DNA of 64,000 bases, taken from assembly GCA_028715415.1 (NCBI GenBank), contig JAQURX010000001.1, positions 154,584-218,583 of the forward strand, given 5' to 3'. Position 1 is the stretch's first letter. Each line of letters begins with the position of its first letter. The notes under the pieces are model-generated. The model was given only the letters and a program-made list of their open reading frames with translations, ran no database searches and was not told where the DNA came from. The position numbers were made by a program, and so were the translations under genes. Source of the stretch: Candidatus Omnitrophota bacterium (GTDB lineage Bacteria; Omnitrophota; Gorgyraeia; Gygaellales; Profunditerraquicolaceae). Shown in pieces: positions 9,850-19,677 of the stretch.

Positions 9850-11142
9850 ATGGATAAAATTGTATCTTTGTGTAAGCGCAGAGGTTTTATATTTCAATCA
9901 TCCGATATCTACGGTGGGCTTTCCAATACTTGGGATTATGGCCCTTATGGTGTCGAGTTAAAGAATAATCTTAAGCGTGCCTGGTGGCGTTCCTGTGTTT
10001 ACGAAAGAGATGATATCTTGGGAATGGATGCTGCGATTCTTATGCATCCAAAGGTCTGGGAAGCAAGTGGGCATGTGCAAAACTTTTTTGACTTAAAGAG
10101 TGATTGCAAAACCTGCAAAAAGCGTTTTAAAACCGAAGATTTAAAAGATAAGAAGAAATGCCCTGAGTGCGGCGGAGAATTGACTGATTCAAGGCCTTTT
10201 AATCTTATGTTTAAAACGCATCAGGGCCCTATAGAAGCTGACGAAAATCTAATTTATCTAAGGCCGGAAACAGCACAAGGTATGTTTGTTAATTTTTTAA
10301 ACATACTTGATTCAAGGCACCCAAAATTGCCTTTTGGTTTGGCTCAGATAGGTAAATCCTTCCGTAACGAAATTACCCCCGGGAACTTTACTTTCCGCAC
10401 GCGAGAATTTGAACAAATGGAGATAGAATATTTTGTTAAGCCAGAGGATGCCCAGAAGAAGTACGAGGAATGGATTGAGTATCGTTTTGCCTGGTATCTT
10501 GCTTTAGGGCTAGATAAGGAAAAGATTAGGCGCCGTCAGCATGGAAAGGATGAACTTGCGCATTATGCTTTGGCTTGTACAGACATAGAATATAGCTTTC
10601 CTTTTGGTTGGTCGGAATTGGAAGGGATTGCTAACCGGACTGATTTTGATTTAAAGCAGCATTCGCAGACAAGCGGTAAAGAATTAAAGTTTTTTGATGA
10701 TGCGGCAAAAGAAAAATACTATCCTTATATAATTGAGCCTTCTGGTGGAGTGGATAGGAGTGTTTTAGCCTTCTTAGTGGATTCTTTCCGCGAAGAAAAG
10801 GTTAAAGATGATACTAGAGTGGTGTTAAAACTTCATAAGGACCTTGCTCCTACAAAGATTGCAGTCTTGCCTTTGTTAAGAAATCGTCCTGAAATTGTAG
10901 AATTAGCAAGGAAGATATCTAAGGATTTGAAAAAGAGCTTTGTTACGGTGTATGATGATACTGGAGCAATCGGCAAGCTTTACAGAAGGCAAGATGAAGT
11001 AGGGACGCTTTATTGTGTAACAGTTGATGTACAATCTTTAGAAGATAAGCAGGTAACGGTTCGTGATCGTGATACGATGTTGCAAGAGCGTATTGGGGTT
11101 GATAAATTGAAAGAGTATCTGGGAGAGAAGTTAACTAACTAG
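9850..11142 (+). CDS. glyQS: Glycine--tRNA ligase, single-chain alpha2 (GlyQS) type
   Basis: Class II aaRS motifs and a GlyRS N-terminus (MDKIVSLCKRRGFIFQSSDIYGG). The start is taken at an internal Met of ORF 9817..11142. Confidence 0.8.
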   Translation: MDKIVSLCKRRGFIFQSSDIYGGLSNTWDYGPYGVELKNNLKRAWWRSCVYERDDILGMDAAILMHPKVWEASGHVQNFFDLKSDCKTCKKRFKTEDLKDKKKCPECGGELTDSRPFNLMFKTHQGPIEADENLIYLRPETAQGMFVNFLNILDSRHPKLPFGLAQIGKSFRNEITPGNFTFRTREFEQMEIEYFVKPEDAQKKYEEWIEYRFAWYLALGLDKEKIRRRQHGKDELAHYALACTDIEYSFPFGWSELEGIANRTDFDLKQHSQTSGKELKFFDDAAKEKYYPYIIEPSGGVDRSVLAFLVDSFREEKVKDDTRVVLKLHKDLAPTKIAVLPLLRNRPEIVELARKISKDLKKSFVTVYDDTGAIGKLYRRQDEVGTLYCVTVDVQSLEDKQVTVRDRDTMLQERIGVDKLKEYLGEKLTN

Positions 11143-11162
11143 CGAGGAGGGTTTTAAAAGAA

Positions 11163-13913
11163 ATGGCAACAAAAAATGTTTATTCTTTTGGAGGCGGCAA
11201 GGCTGATGGTAATGAGAGTATGAAAAATCTCTTGGGTGGCAAAGGCGCCAACCTTGCAGAGATGGCAGGAAATAAAGACTTGAAATTACCTGTTCCTCCG
11301 GGATTCTCAATTACTACTGAAGTTTGTGTTTTTTATTATAAAAATAAAAAGACTTATCCTAAGGGCTTAAAAGAAGAAGTTGAAAAAGCATTAGAGAAAG
11401 TTGAAAAATTAATGGGTAGAAAATTCGGCGACCCAGCAAACCCCTTGCTTGTTTCTGTTCGTTCCGGCGCAAGAAAATCAATGCCCGGTATGATGGAAAC
11501 GGTTTTAAATGTCGGGTTAACTGAAAAAACTATCCCTGGCTTAATAAAGCAGGCAGGTGGGAATGCGCGTTTTGTTTATGACGCTTACAGGCGTTTGATT
11601 ATGATGTATTCCGACGTAGTTATGGAAAAAGCTGCAGGTATCGAGCCAAAGGAAGAGCAGGGTATCCGTAAGCAATTAGAAAGGATTATGGATGCTGTAA
11701 AGAAAGAAAAAGGATATAAGAGCGATACCGATTTAACTGTGGATGACCTTAAAAAATTAACTGCTAACTTTAAGTTGAAAGTTAAAGAAGTTTTAGGTAA
11801 AGATTTTCCAGATGATCCTATGCAACAGCTTTGGGGTGGGATTGGCGCTGTATTTTCTTCTTGGAATGGCAAGCGTGCAATTAGTTACCGCCGCATTGAA
11901 AATATCCCCGATGAATGGGGAACAGCGGTTAATGTTCAGACCATGGTTTTTGGAAATATGGGAGATGATTCGGCAACGGGTGTTGCTTTTTCGCGAAATC
12001 CCGGCAACGGAGAGAATAACTTCTATGGAGAGTATTTAATTAATGCACAAGGTGAGGATGTGGTTGCCGGTATTCGTACGCCAGCGCCTCTTAATTCATA
12101 TTCTACTTCGGAACATAATAAGAATCTTTTGACTTTGGAAAAAGGCATGCCAAGCCTTTATAAGGAATTGGTAGGGTATCGTAACCGCCTTGAAAAGCAT
12201 TATCGCGATATGCAGGATATTGAATTTACCATTGAAAAAGGCAGGTTATTTATGTTGCAGTGCCGTGTAGGTAAGCGTAACGGCCCGGCAGCAGTGCGTA
12301 TGGCAGTTGATATGGTAAAGGAAAAGTTTATTACAAAAGAAGAAGCGATAACGAGAGTTACTCCTGCTCAGTTAGATGAATTATTGCATCCAATAATTGA
12401 TCCAAAAGCAGAGGCGGTTAACAAGCCAGTAGCAAAAGGTTTGCCTGCAGGCCCAGGTGGCGCATGCGGACAGATTGTTTTTAGCGCTGCGGAAGCTGTT
12501 GAGTGGAAGAAGCAAGGTAAAAAAGTAATTCTTTTGCGCGAAGAAACAAATCCTGAAGATGTTGACGGGATGCGCGCAGCTGAGGCAATTTTAACTGCCA
12601 GAGGCGGCATGACTTCCCACGCAGCGTTAGTTGCCCGTGGCTGGGGAAAATGCTGTATTGTTGGATGCGCAGGATTACATATTGATTATGAAAAAAGAGA
12701 GCTTCGTGTTGATAGTAAGGTTCTAAAGGAAGGCGAATGGTTGACTTTAAATGGCACAAAAGGGAATGTTTATGCTGGAAAACTTCCGATGATGGATGCT
12801 ACCGAAGAAAATGTGTTATTGACCACTTTCTTAAATATGTGTGGGCAAGTTAAGAAATTAGGAATTCGTACTAACGCAGAAACACCTGAAGACGCAATAA
12901 AAGCTCGTCAGTTTGGCGCTGAAGGTATCGGGTTGTTCAGGACTGAACATATGTTCTATGGCAAAGGTTCAGATGAACCACTTTTTGTTTTACGTAAGAT
13001 GATAGTTTCAAAGACTGAAGAAGAGAGGAAAAAGGCGGTTAGTGAGTTATTCCCTTATGTAAAAAAAGATATTAAGGGTACCTTAGAGGCAATGGACGGG
13101 TTTCCAGTAGTTATACGTTTACTGGATCCTCCATTACATGAGTTTGTTCCTCGCGAAGAAGCAAAGCTTCAGGAACTAGCCAAGGATTTAAATATTTCTA
13201 TGGAAGAGCTTTCTAAACGAGCAGATAATTTACATGAATCTAACCCGATGATGGGCCATCGCGGTGTTCGTTTAGGGGTTACTTACCCTGAAGTAAGCGC
13301 TATGCAGATTCAGGCGATCCTTGAGTCCGCAGCAGAGCTTATTAAAGAAGGCAAAAAGCCTTATCCGGAAATCATGATTCCGGTTGTCTGCGATGTAAAA
13401 GAGCTTGATGACCAGATGGCTATTGCCAAAAAAATATATGAAGATGTTTTAAAAAAATACGGACTTAAGCAGGTAAAGCATATGTTCGGTACAATGATAG
13501 AGATTCCTCGAGCTGCTTTAGTTGCGAATGAGTTAGCAGTCGTTGCTCAATTTTTCTCATTTGGTACTAATGATCTTACTCAGATGGGATTTGGTTTCTC
13601 AAGGGATGATATCGGCGGTTTCTTACCTGATTATTTGAAAAAAGGCATATTAGCCGACGATCCATTCCAAACTGTTGATCAGAAAGGTATTGGCGAGTTA
13701 ATCAAAATAGCAATTGAAAGAGGACGCAAGACACGTAAAGACCTTGAAATTGGTATCTGCGGCGAACATGGTGGAGACCCTCGTACGGTTGAATTTTGCC
13801 ATAATGTAGGGATGAATTATGTTAGTTGTTCACCGTTTAGAGTCCCAATTGCGAAGTTAGCAGCAGCACAGGCAGCGTTAAAGAATAAAACGAAAACGAA
13901 GAAGAAAAAATAA
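11163..13913 (+). CDS. ppdK: Pyruvate, phosphate dikinase
   Basis: 916 aa. PEP-utilising His domain (GGMTSHAALVARGWGKCCIVG). PPDK N-terminal ATP-grasp and C-terminal TIM barrel. Confidence 0.9.
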   Translation: MATKNVYSFGGGKADGNESMKNLLGGKGANLAEMAGNKDLKLPVPPGFSITTEVCVFYYKNKKTYPKGLKEEVEKALEKVEKLMGRKFGDPANPLLVSVRSGARKSMPGMMETVLNVGLTEKTIPGLIKQAGGNARFVYDAYRRLIMMYSDVVMEKAAGIEPKEEQGIRKQLERIMDAVKKEKGYKSDTDLTVDDLKKLTANFKLKVKEVLGKDFPDDPMQQLWGGIGAVFSSWNGKRAISYRRIENIPDEWGTAVNVQTMVFGNMGDDSATGVAFSRNPGNGENNFYGEYLINAQGEDVVAGIRTPAPLNSYSTSEHNKNLLTLEKGMPSLYKELVGYRNRLEKHYRDMQDIEFTIEKGRLFMLQCRVGKRNGPAAVRMAVDMVKEKFITKEEAITRVTPAQLDELLHPIIDPKAEAVNKPVAKGLPAGPGGACGQIVFSAAEAVEWKKQGKKVILLREETNPEDVDGMRAAEAILTARGGMTSHAALVARGWGKCCIVGCAGLHIDYEKRELRVDSKVLKEGEWLTLNGTKGNVYAGKLPMMDATEENVLLTTFLNMCGQVKKLGIRTNAETPEDAIKARQFGAEGIGLFRTEHMFYGKGSDEPLFVLRKMIVSKTEEERKKAVSELFPYVKKDIKGTLEAMDGFPVVIRLLDPPLHEFVPREEAKLQELAKDLNISMEELSKRADNLHESNPMMGHRGVRLGVTYPEVSAMQIQAILESAAELIKEGKKPYPEIMIPVVCDVKELDDQMAIAKKIYEDVLKKYGLKQVKHMFGTMIEIPRAALVANELAVVAQFFSFGTNDLTQMGFGFSRDDIGGFLPDYLKKGILADDPFQTVDQKGIGELIKIAIERGRKTRKDLEIGICGEHGGDPRTVEFCHNVGMNYVSCSPFRVPIAKLAAAQAALKNKTKTKKKK

Positions 13914-13920
13914 CCTTAAG

Positions 13921-13990
13921 TTTCATGTTGCAGGTTTCAGGTTTCAAGTCTTGCCTGAAACTTGCAACTTGAAACTTGTAACCTGAAATC
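13921..13990 (+). terminator. Palindromic REP-like element downstream of ppdK, a probable terminator hairpin (no strong U-tract)
   Basis: Imperfect inverted repeat gttgcaggtttcagg ... cctgaaacttgcaac. Related in sequence to the 15531 and 17994 elements. Confidence 0.45.
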
Positions 13991-13999
13991 CGTTAAACT

Positions 14000-14815
14000 A
14001 TGGAAGCCTTAAAAACTTATTTAAAAGATATTAGGAATATACCTTTATTATCTGCAAGCGAAGAAGTTGATTTGAGTAAAAAGATAAAAAAAGGCGATGA
14101 GCACGCTCGCAAAGCGATGATTCGTGCGAATCTTAGGCTTGTGATTAATATCGCTAAACGGTATATGCATTTGGGTATTCCTTTATTGGATTTAATTGAA
14201 GAAGGTAATTTGGGGTTAATGAAAGCGGTAGATAGGTTTGATGCTAAGAAAGGTTTTCGTTTTTCAACTTATGCTGCTTGGTGGATAAAGCAGGGGATTA
14301 CGCGTTCAATTGCCGAGCAAGGCAAGATGATTCGTGTCCCGGTTTATATGAATGATTTGATTGCTAAATGGCGTAAGAAAAAAGAACACCTTGCGCAAAA
14401 AAATAAAGCAATTCCAAGCGATGAAGAAATTGCAAAGCGTCTTAAGCTGTCAAAAGACAAAGTAGAGCAAATAAATTTCTGGATTGCAAGTACAACTTCT
14501 TCTCTGGATGCTCCTATTGGGGAAGATAATGAAAGCCAGGTTTCTGATTTAATTGAAGATACAGATGCTGTTGCCCCTGATGCTGGAATTGAAAAAATGT
14601 TTGATAAAGAAAGATTGAGCAGCATTTTAGAAATAATGTCTGAAAGAGAGCGAAGTGTTTTAGATATGCGTTTTGGTTTAATTGATAGTAAGCCTCATAC
14701 TTTAGCCGAAGTGGCTAAAAAACTCGGAGTTTCCCGCGAAAGAGTGCGGCAGATTGAAGAGTTGGCTTTGAAAAAATTAAGGAAATTTGTAAAAACGCAG
14801 GAGGCTCAGAAATAA
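14000..14815 (+). CDS. RNA polymerase sigma-70 family factor (group 2/3 type, no region 1.1)
   Basis: Region 2 (YAAWWIKQGITRSI) and region 4 HTH (LAEVAKKLGVSRERVRQIEELAL). Confidence 0.8.
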   Translation: MEALKTYLKDIRNIPLLSASEEVDLSKKIKKGDEHARKAMIRANLRLVINIAKRYMHLGIPLLDLIEEGNLGLMKAVDRFDAKKGFRFSTYAAWWIKQGITRSIAEQGKMIRVPVYMNDLIAKWRKKKEHLAQKNKAIPSDEEIAKRLKLSKDKVEQINFWIASTTSSLDAPIGEDNESQVSDLIEDTDAVAPDAGIEKMFDKERLSSILEIMSERERSVLDMRFGLIDSKPHTLAEVAKKLGVSRERVRQIEELALKKLRKFVKTQEAQK

Positions 14816-14837
14816 AAAAGCAGGAGGGAAGTGTTTA

Positions 14838-15371
14838 ATGAAGAATAAACTTAAATTGGAATCATTTATCAGAAATATCCCCGACTTTCCCAAACCGGGG
14901 ATTTTATTTCGCGATATTTCTACTTTGATTCAAAATAAAAAAGCTTTTAAGGAAGCCGTAGATAAAATGGCTGAGAAATATAAAGGTAAAAAAATTGATG
15001 CTGTTGTTGCGGTTGAGGCGCGAGGTTTTATACTTGGAGGTGCAATTGCGCATAAGCTTGGGGTTGGATTTATTCCCGTGCGGAAAAAAGGCAAGCTTCC
15101 CTGGAAAACAGATTCTGTTACTTACGATTTGGAGTATGGTACTGATACTTTGGAAATACATCAAGATGCCTTAAATCCTGGAGATAAAGTATTAATTGTA
15201 GATGATCTCTTGGCTACTGGAGGCACTGTAAAGGCAGTAACAGAATTAGTAGAGCAGAAAAGAGCAAAAATTTCAGGTATTGTGTTCTTGGTTGAGTTGT
15301 TTGATTTAGGCGGAAAGAATAAGCTAAAGAATTATCCGGTACATTCTTTGATAAAATTTCCCGGACATTAA
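14838..15371 (+). CDS. apt: Adenine phosphoribosyltransferase
   Basis: PRTase motif VLIVDDLLATGGT. 177 aa. Confidence 0.85.
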   Translation: MKNKLKLESFIRNIPDFPKPGILFRDISTLIQNKKAFKEAVDKMAEKYKGKKIDAVVAVEARGFILGGAIAHKLGVGFIPVRKKGKLPWKTDSVTYDLEYGTDTLEIHQDALNPGDKVLIVDDLLATGGTVKAVTELVEQKRAKISGIVFLVELFDLGGKNKLKNYPVHSLIKFPGH

Positions 15372-15379
15372 TTATATTT

Positions 15380-15453
15380 GCCCCTGTAGCTCATAAGGAT
15401 AGAGCAGCAGTTTCCTAAACTGCGTGCGGCAGGTTCGATTCCTGCCAGGGGCA
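15380..15453 (+). tRNA. tRNA-Arg (anticodon CCU)
   Basis: Manual cloverleaf: 7-bp acceptor GCCCCTG/CAGGGGC, D-stem GCTC/GAGC, anticodon stem GCAGT/ACTGC with loop TTCCTAA, T-arm GCAGG-TTCGATT-CCTGC, discriminator A. No encoded CCA. Confidence 0.8.
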
Positions 15454-15530
15454 CGTTTTATACAGCTGGCAGGCATTTCGCTAAACAAATATTTATGTGC
15501 TCAATTCCTGCCAGGGGCATGTATTATAAA

Positions 15531-15604
15531 GAGCACAAGACACAAGAGCACAAGTAAAACCTGCAACTTGAAGCCTGAAACTTGTGACTGGTGACTTGTG
15601 CCCC
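15531..15604 (+). repeat. REP-like palindromic element (cacaaga/cacaagt ... acttgtgac)
   Basis: Contains cacaagacacaagagcacaagtaaaacctgcaacttgaa...acttgtgac. An inverted copy lies at 17994..18053. Confidence 0.5.
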
Positions 15605-16274
15605 AATAGGATTTAACATGTATAACTTACATACACATTCATTATTAAGTGACGGAGATTTGCTTCCATCAGAAATAGCTGTTCGGTATGCTGCGTTAGG
15701 CTATAAAGCTATTGCCATTACCGACCATGTTGATTACAGTAATTTTGAATTTGTCATTAAATCAATTCTGCAGTTTACTAAACACTGGCCTAAGAAATCT
15801 CCAATTAAAGTTTTTCCCGGTGTTGAATTTACTCATTTGCCTTTAGACCAATTTAAGCCGTTAGTCCAGCTTGCAAGGAAAAAAGGAATTAAAATTATCG
15901 TTGCTCATGGTGAAACTTCGGCCGAACCCGTGATAAAGGGGACAAATATTGCTGCTTTAAAGGCTGGTATTGATATCTTAGCGCATCCGGGTTTAATTAC
16001 CAAAGATGAGGTAATGTTTGCTAGGAGTAAGAATATTTTTCTTGAGATTACTACGCGTAAGGGGCATAGCAACACTAATCAACACGTAGCTAAGCTTGCT
16101 TTAGAGTTAGGCGCAAAATTAATCCTTAATCACGATAGCCATCAGCCGCAAGATATTATCTCAATTGAGGAGACTAAGGAAGTCGGCCGTAGATTAGGGT
16201 TATCTAATACTCAAATCTCTAGTATATATAAGGATGTAGAGGGGTTTTTGAAAAAAGTTCTTGACAATAAATGA
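15591..16274 (+). CDS. PHP-domain metal-dependent phosphoesterase
   Basis: PHP histidine motifs (LHTHSLLSDG, ITDHVDY). The probable true start is the internal Met at MYNLHTHS. Confidence 0.6.
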   Translation: MTCAPIGFNMYNLHTHSLLSDGDLLPSEIAVRYAALGYKAIAITDHVDYSNFEFVIKSILQFTKHWPKKSPIKVFPGVEFTHLPLDQFKPLVQLARKKGIKIIVAHGETSAEPVIKGTNIAALKAGIDILAHPGLITKDEVMFARSKNIFLEITTRKGHSNTNQHVAKLALELGAKLILNHDSHQPQDIISIEETKEVGRRLGLSNTQISSIYKDVEGFLKKVLDNK

Positions 16275-16473
16275 GTTATGTGTTAAAAAAAATATAACTG
16301 TGGCCATACCACTGGAGATGGTTTTAATTATAGACGGAAAGGAGGTTGAAAAAAATCAAGTCTAAAGCCATAGAAAATCCAGTGATATACATATATAGTA
16401 ATTATCTAGGAATATTTTTTTAACGCCTAGTTGAATATATTTTTTCATATTTTCTTAAAGGAGGTTAAGCAAA

Positions 16474-17886
16474 ATGAGTAAACGCTTAATATTAATTCTG
16501 GCTCTCGTATTTGTGGTCGGCATTACTGCTGGCGCATATGCAGAGGTTCAGAATGTTAAAGTTAGCGGAGATATTACCGCATACGGTATTAGCCGCAACT
16601 TACAGACTAAAGGTAACAAAGATTTTCAAAATGAAAACGCAATGGCAACCATTACCCGCGTTAGAGTTGATGCTGACCTTACTGACAATGTAACTACCAC
16701 AGTAAGATTGCTCAATGAAAGATATTGGGGTAATGAAATTGATAACGTTGGTACAAACAACGCAAATACTGATGTAGCACTTGACTTAGCCTATGTAACT
16801 TTAAAGGAATTCCTTTATTCTCCTTTAACATTTACAGTAGGTCGTCAGGAATTGCATTTTGGTAATGATATGATCGTTGGCGATGTTGATACTAACAATA
16901 ATGCCTCAACTGCAAGCCCCTTTGGGCAAAACAGAAGAGATAAGGATTTAAGCGCACGTAAAGCATTTGATGCTATCCGCGCTACATTGAATTATGATCC
17001 TTTGGTTATTGATGGTATCGTAGCTCAGGTTAGAAATAATGATCTTTATACTGCTGATGATGTAATGCTTTATGGTGTCAATGCAAATTACAAAGCCGGT
17101 AACTTCAAAATGTTAAAGAACAACATTATTGAAGGTTATTGGTTCTTAAAGCAAACTGGAAGAGAGAATGGTAGATCTGTTACTGCTGCTACTACTGGTG
17201 TTTTTGGTAAAAAAGTAGAAGATACCGTGCACGTAATTGGTGCTCGTGTTTCTACTCAACCAATGGATAACATGACTTATCAGTTAGAAGGTGCATATCA
17301 GTTTGGTAGATATGTTCCTCAAGCTGCTGCTACGCCTCCTAATCATACCGTAGCACGCAAAGCATGGGCAATTGAAACTGCTTTGACCTATGATTGGAAA
17401 AAAGTAAAATACACCCCATCTACAAGCCTTTTGTATGCTTATTTCAGCGGGGATCATGAAAATAATACTTATACAACCGCCAGAGGAGCATATAGAGGTT
17501 GGGATCCAATGTACGAGAATCAGAAATACGGTGATATTGCTAATGCTCTGTTCAATCAGACAAATGCTCATATCATCGGTGGTGTTGCAACTGCCAAACC
17601 AATGGATGATATCACCTTAAAAGGTGAATATTATGCATTTATTTGGGCAAAGCCTTACCACGATGGAGCAACTATAACCGCAACAGCAAGAGATTCAGGT
17701 GCCAACCTTATAATGACTCAGAGACGTTTCGCAGGCCAGGAAATTGATTTAACCGCGACCTACGATTATACTGAAGATGTTCAGTTAGCGTTGATGGGTG
17801 GCATGTTCTTCCCTGGAGCTTCCTTTGCTAAAGGAAACGACAGCGCAGCTACTGAAGTAATCGGTTCCATGAAGGTTACATTCTAA
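16474..17886 (+). CDS. Putative outer-membrane beta-barrel protein/porin
   Basis: Signal peptide (ALVFVVGITAGAYA). Alternating beta-strand pattern. C-terminal aromatic residue (…KVTF). Strong RBS aaggagg upstream. Confidence 0.5.
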   Translation: MSKRLILILALVFVVGITAGAYAEVQNVKVSGDITAYGISRNLQTKGNKDFQNENAMATITRVRVDADLTDNVTTTVRLLNERYWGNEIDNVGTNNANTDVALDLAYVTLKEFLYSPLTFTVGRQELHFGNDMIVGDVDTNNNASTASPFGQNRRDKDLSARKAFDAIRATLNYDPLVIDGIVAQVRNNDLYTADDVMLYGVNANYKAGNFKMLKNNIIEGYWFLKQTGRENGRSVTAATTGVFGKKVEDTVHVIGARVSTQPMDNMTYQLEGAYQFGRYVPQAAATPPNHTVARKAWAIETALTYDWKKVKYTPSTSLLYAYFSGDHENNTYTTARGAYRGWDPMYENQKYGDIANALFNQTNAHIIGGVATAKPMDDITLKGEYYAFIWAKPYHDGATITATARDSGANLIMTQRRFAGQEIDLTATYDYTEDVQLALMGGMFFPGASFAKGNDSAATEVIGSMKVTF

Positions 17887-17910
17887 TAGTACTTATGTAG
17901 AAGTAACTTG

Positions 17911-17945
17911 CCCTCGGGAGAGCAATCTCCCGAGGGTTTTTTTTA
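17911..17945 (+). terminator. Rho-independent terminator
   Basis: GC hairpin ccctcgggag-agcaatc-tcccgaggg followed by T9. Confidence 0.8.
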
Positions 17946-17993
17946 AAAGATTTTTTAGGCCAAAGTCTAGTAAACCTCTTTAATAATACTATA

Positions 17994-18053
17994 GGGCACA
18001 AGCTATCAGTCACAAGTTTCAATTTTTACTTGTGTTCTTGTGTCTTGTGACTT
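17994..18053 (-). repeat. REP-like palindromic element (inverted copy of the 15531 element)
   Basis: gtcacaagt...acttgtgttcttgtgtcttgtgac. The reverse complement matches cacaagacacaagaNcacaagta at 15541. Confidence 0.5.
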
Positions 18054-18068
18054 AAATCTCTTAAATTT

Positions 18069-19619
18069 ATGCTAAATCTCGCCTTTATCTTCCATATGCA
18101 CCAGCCGTATTACAAGAACCTTTTAACGCAAGAGACAGATATGCCTTGGGTAAGGCTTCATGGCACGAAGGACTATCTGGATATGATACAGTTGCTTTCT
18201 AAATATCCCTTGATAAAACAAACGATTAATGTTGTTCCTTCCTTGATCGAACAGGTAGAGGATTATACAAACCGTACGATTAAAGACAAATTCTTAGAGC
18301 TTTCTTATAAACATGCCAAAGATTTATCTTTTGATGACAAGAAATTTATTCTGGAAAACTTCTTTTCTATAAATAAGGATAAAGTAATTGCGAATCACCC
18401 CCGTTATTATGAATTATATTTTAAGAATATAAGGCATTTAGAATTTAGTACTCAGGATTATTTGGATTTGCAGGTTTGGTTTAATCTCGCTTGGATTGAC
18501 CCAAGCTTTAGGCAAAGTTTCCCGGAATTGCGTGAAATAGTCAGTAAGGGGCGTTTTTTTACAGAAGAAGAGAAGCATGCTGTTTTAGACAGGCAGATTT
18601 ATATATTAGAAGACATTATCCCTACTTATAAAAAGTTTATTGAAAGCAAGCAGGCAGAGGTTACCGTTACTCCGTATTACCATCCAATATTGCCTTTACT
18701 TTTTAATACAAATATAGCTAAAGAAGCAAATCTTAAAACAATTTTACCTAAAGTGGAATTTTCTTTTCCGCAAGATGCAAGAGAGCAAATAGATAGTGCA
18801 GTAAGATTCTTTAAGTTACGCTTTGGAGAAAATCTACAAGGCATGTGGCCTTCAGAAGAAGCGGTAAGTGAGCATATATTGCCTTTTATGATTGATGCCG
18901 GAATCAAGTGGATAGTGGCAGATGAAGCGATACTCTTTAAATCTCTTCACAGAAAGAAAAGAGATACCGATATTTTGTATCAGCCGCATCTTTTAAAAAG
19001 AGAAGATGGCGAGCTTAATATTGTTTTTCGTGATAGATGCCTTTCAGATTTAATCGGTTTTGTCTATCAGGCTTGGAAACCGGTTGATGCTGTAAATGAT
19101 TTTATGAAACATATGGAGAATATCTCTGAAGCATTTAAGGGGCATGACATCTTAGTTAGCATTGCAATGGACGGAGAAAATGCTTGGGAATATTTTACTA
19201 ATGATGGGCATGATTTCTTAGAGTTATTATACCAGAGGTTGTCTGAATCAAAGTTTGTTAAGACTACCACAGTTTCGGAGTATTTAAAAACGCATAAGAC
19301 TGAACATGAAATAAAGCGCCTTGCCGCTGGCTCTTGGATTTACGGAGAATTTGGAAAATGGATAGGGAATCCTCATAAAGTGAAAGCATGGGAATATTTA
19401 GCTTTAGCAAGAAAAGAATTGCAAACCTTAATTGAGAATGGAACGGATATCCCTGATTTAGCATGGAAGCAGATGTATATTTGTGAAGGTAGTGATTGGT
19501 TTTGGTGGTACGGTGAAGACCCTTATGGCGGGTTTGACAGGTTATTCAGAGTACATTTATCTAATTTTTATAAGCTGATAGGGAAAAATATTCCTGATTA
19601 TTTGAACAATCCTATTTAA
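18069..19619 (+). CDS. Glycoside hydrolase family 57 (alpha-glucan-active)
   Basis: GH57 N-terminal signature (FHMHQPYY). Catalytic region with WxxDGENxWE-like motif (AMDGENAWEYF). Confidence 0.8.
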   Translation: MLNLAFIFHMHQPYYKNLLTQETDMPWVRLHGTKDYLDMIQLLSKYPLIKQTINVVPSLIEQVEDYTNRTIKDKFLELSYKHAKDLSFDDKKFILENFFSINKDKVIANHPRYYELYFKNIRHLEFSTQDYLDLQVWFNLAWIDPSFRQSFPELREIVSKGRFFTEEEKHAVLDRQIYILEDIIPTYKKFIESKQAEVTVTPYYHPILPLLFNTNIAKEANLKTILPKVEFSFPQDAREQIDSAVRFFKLRFGENLQGMWPSEEAVSEHILPFMIDAGIKWIVADEAILFKSLHRKKRDTDILYQPHLLKREDGELNIVFRDRCLSDLIGFVYQAWKPVDAVNDFMKHMENISEAFKGHDILVSIAMDGENAWEYFTNDGHDFLELLYQRLSESKFVKTTTVSEYLKTHKTEHEIKRLAAGSWIYGEFGKWIGNPHKVKAWEYLALARKELQTLIENGTDIPDLAWKQMYICEGSDWFWWYGEDPYGGFDRLFRVHLSNFYKLIGKNIPDYLNNPI

Positions 19620-19677
19620 TTGCTAAAGGCCAATAACTTATTGACATGCAAGGGCTTTTATGTTATAAATTTTAAAA

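Noticed and set aside
16511-17620. Short ORFs 16511..16693, 17284..17571 and 17435..17620 overlapping the porin gene
   Set aside because: They are embedded in or antisense to a well-supported 470-aa OMP gene. Spurious.
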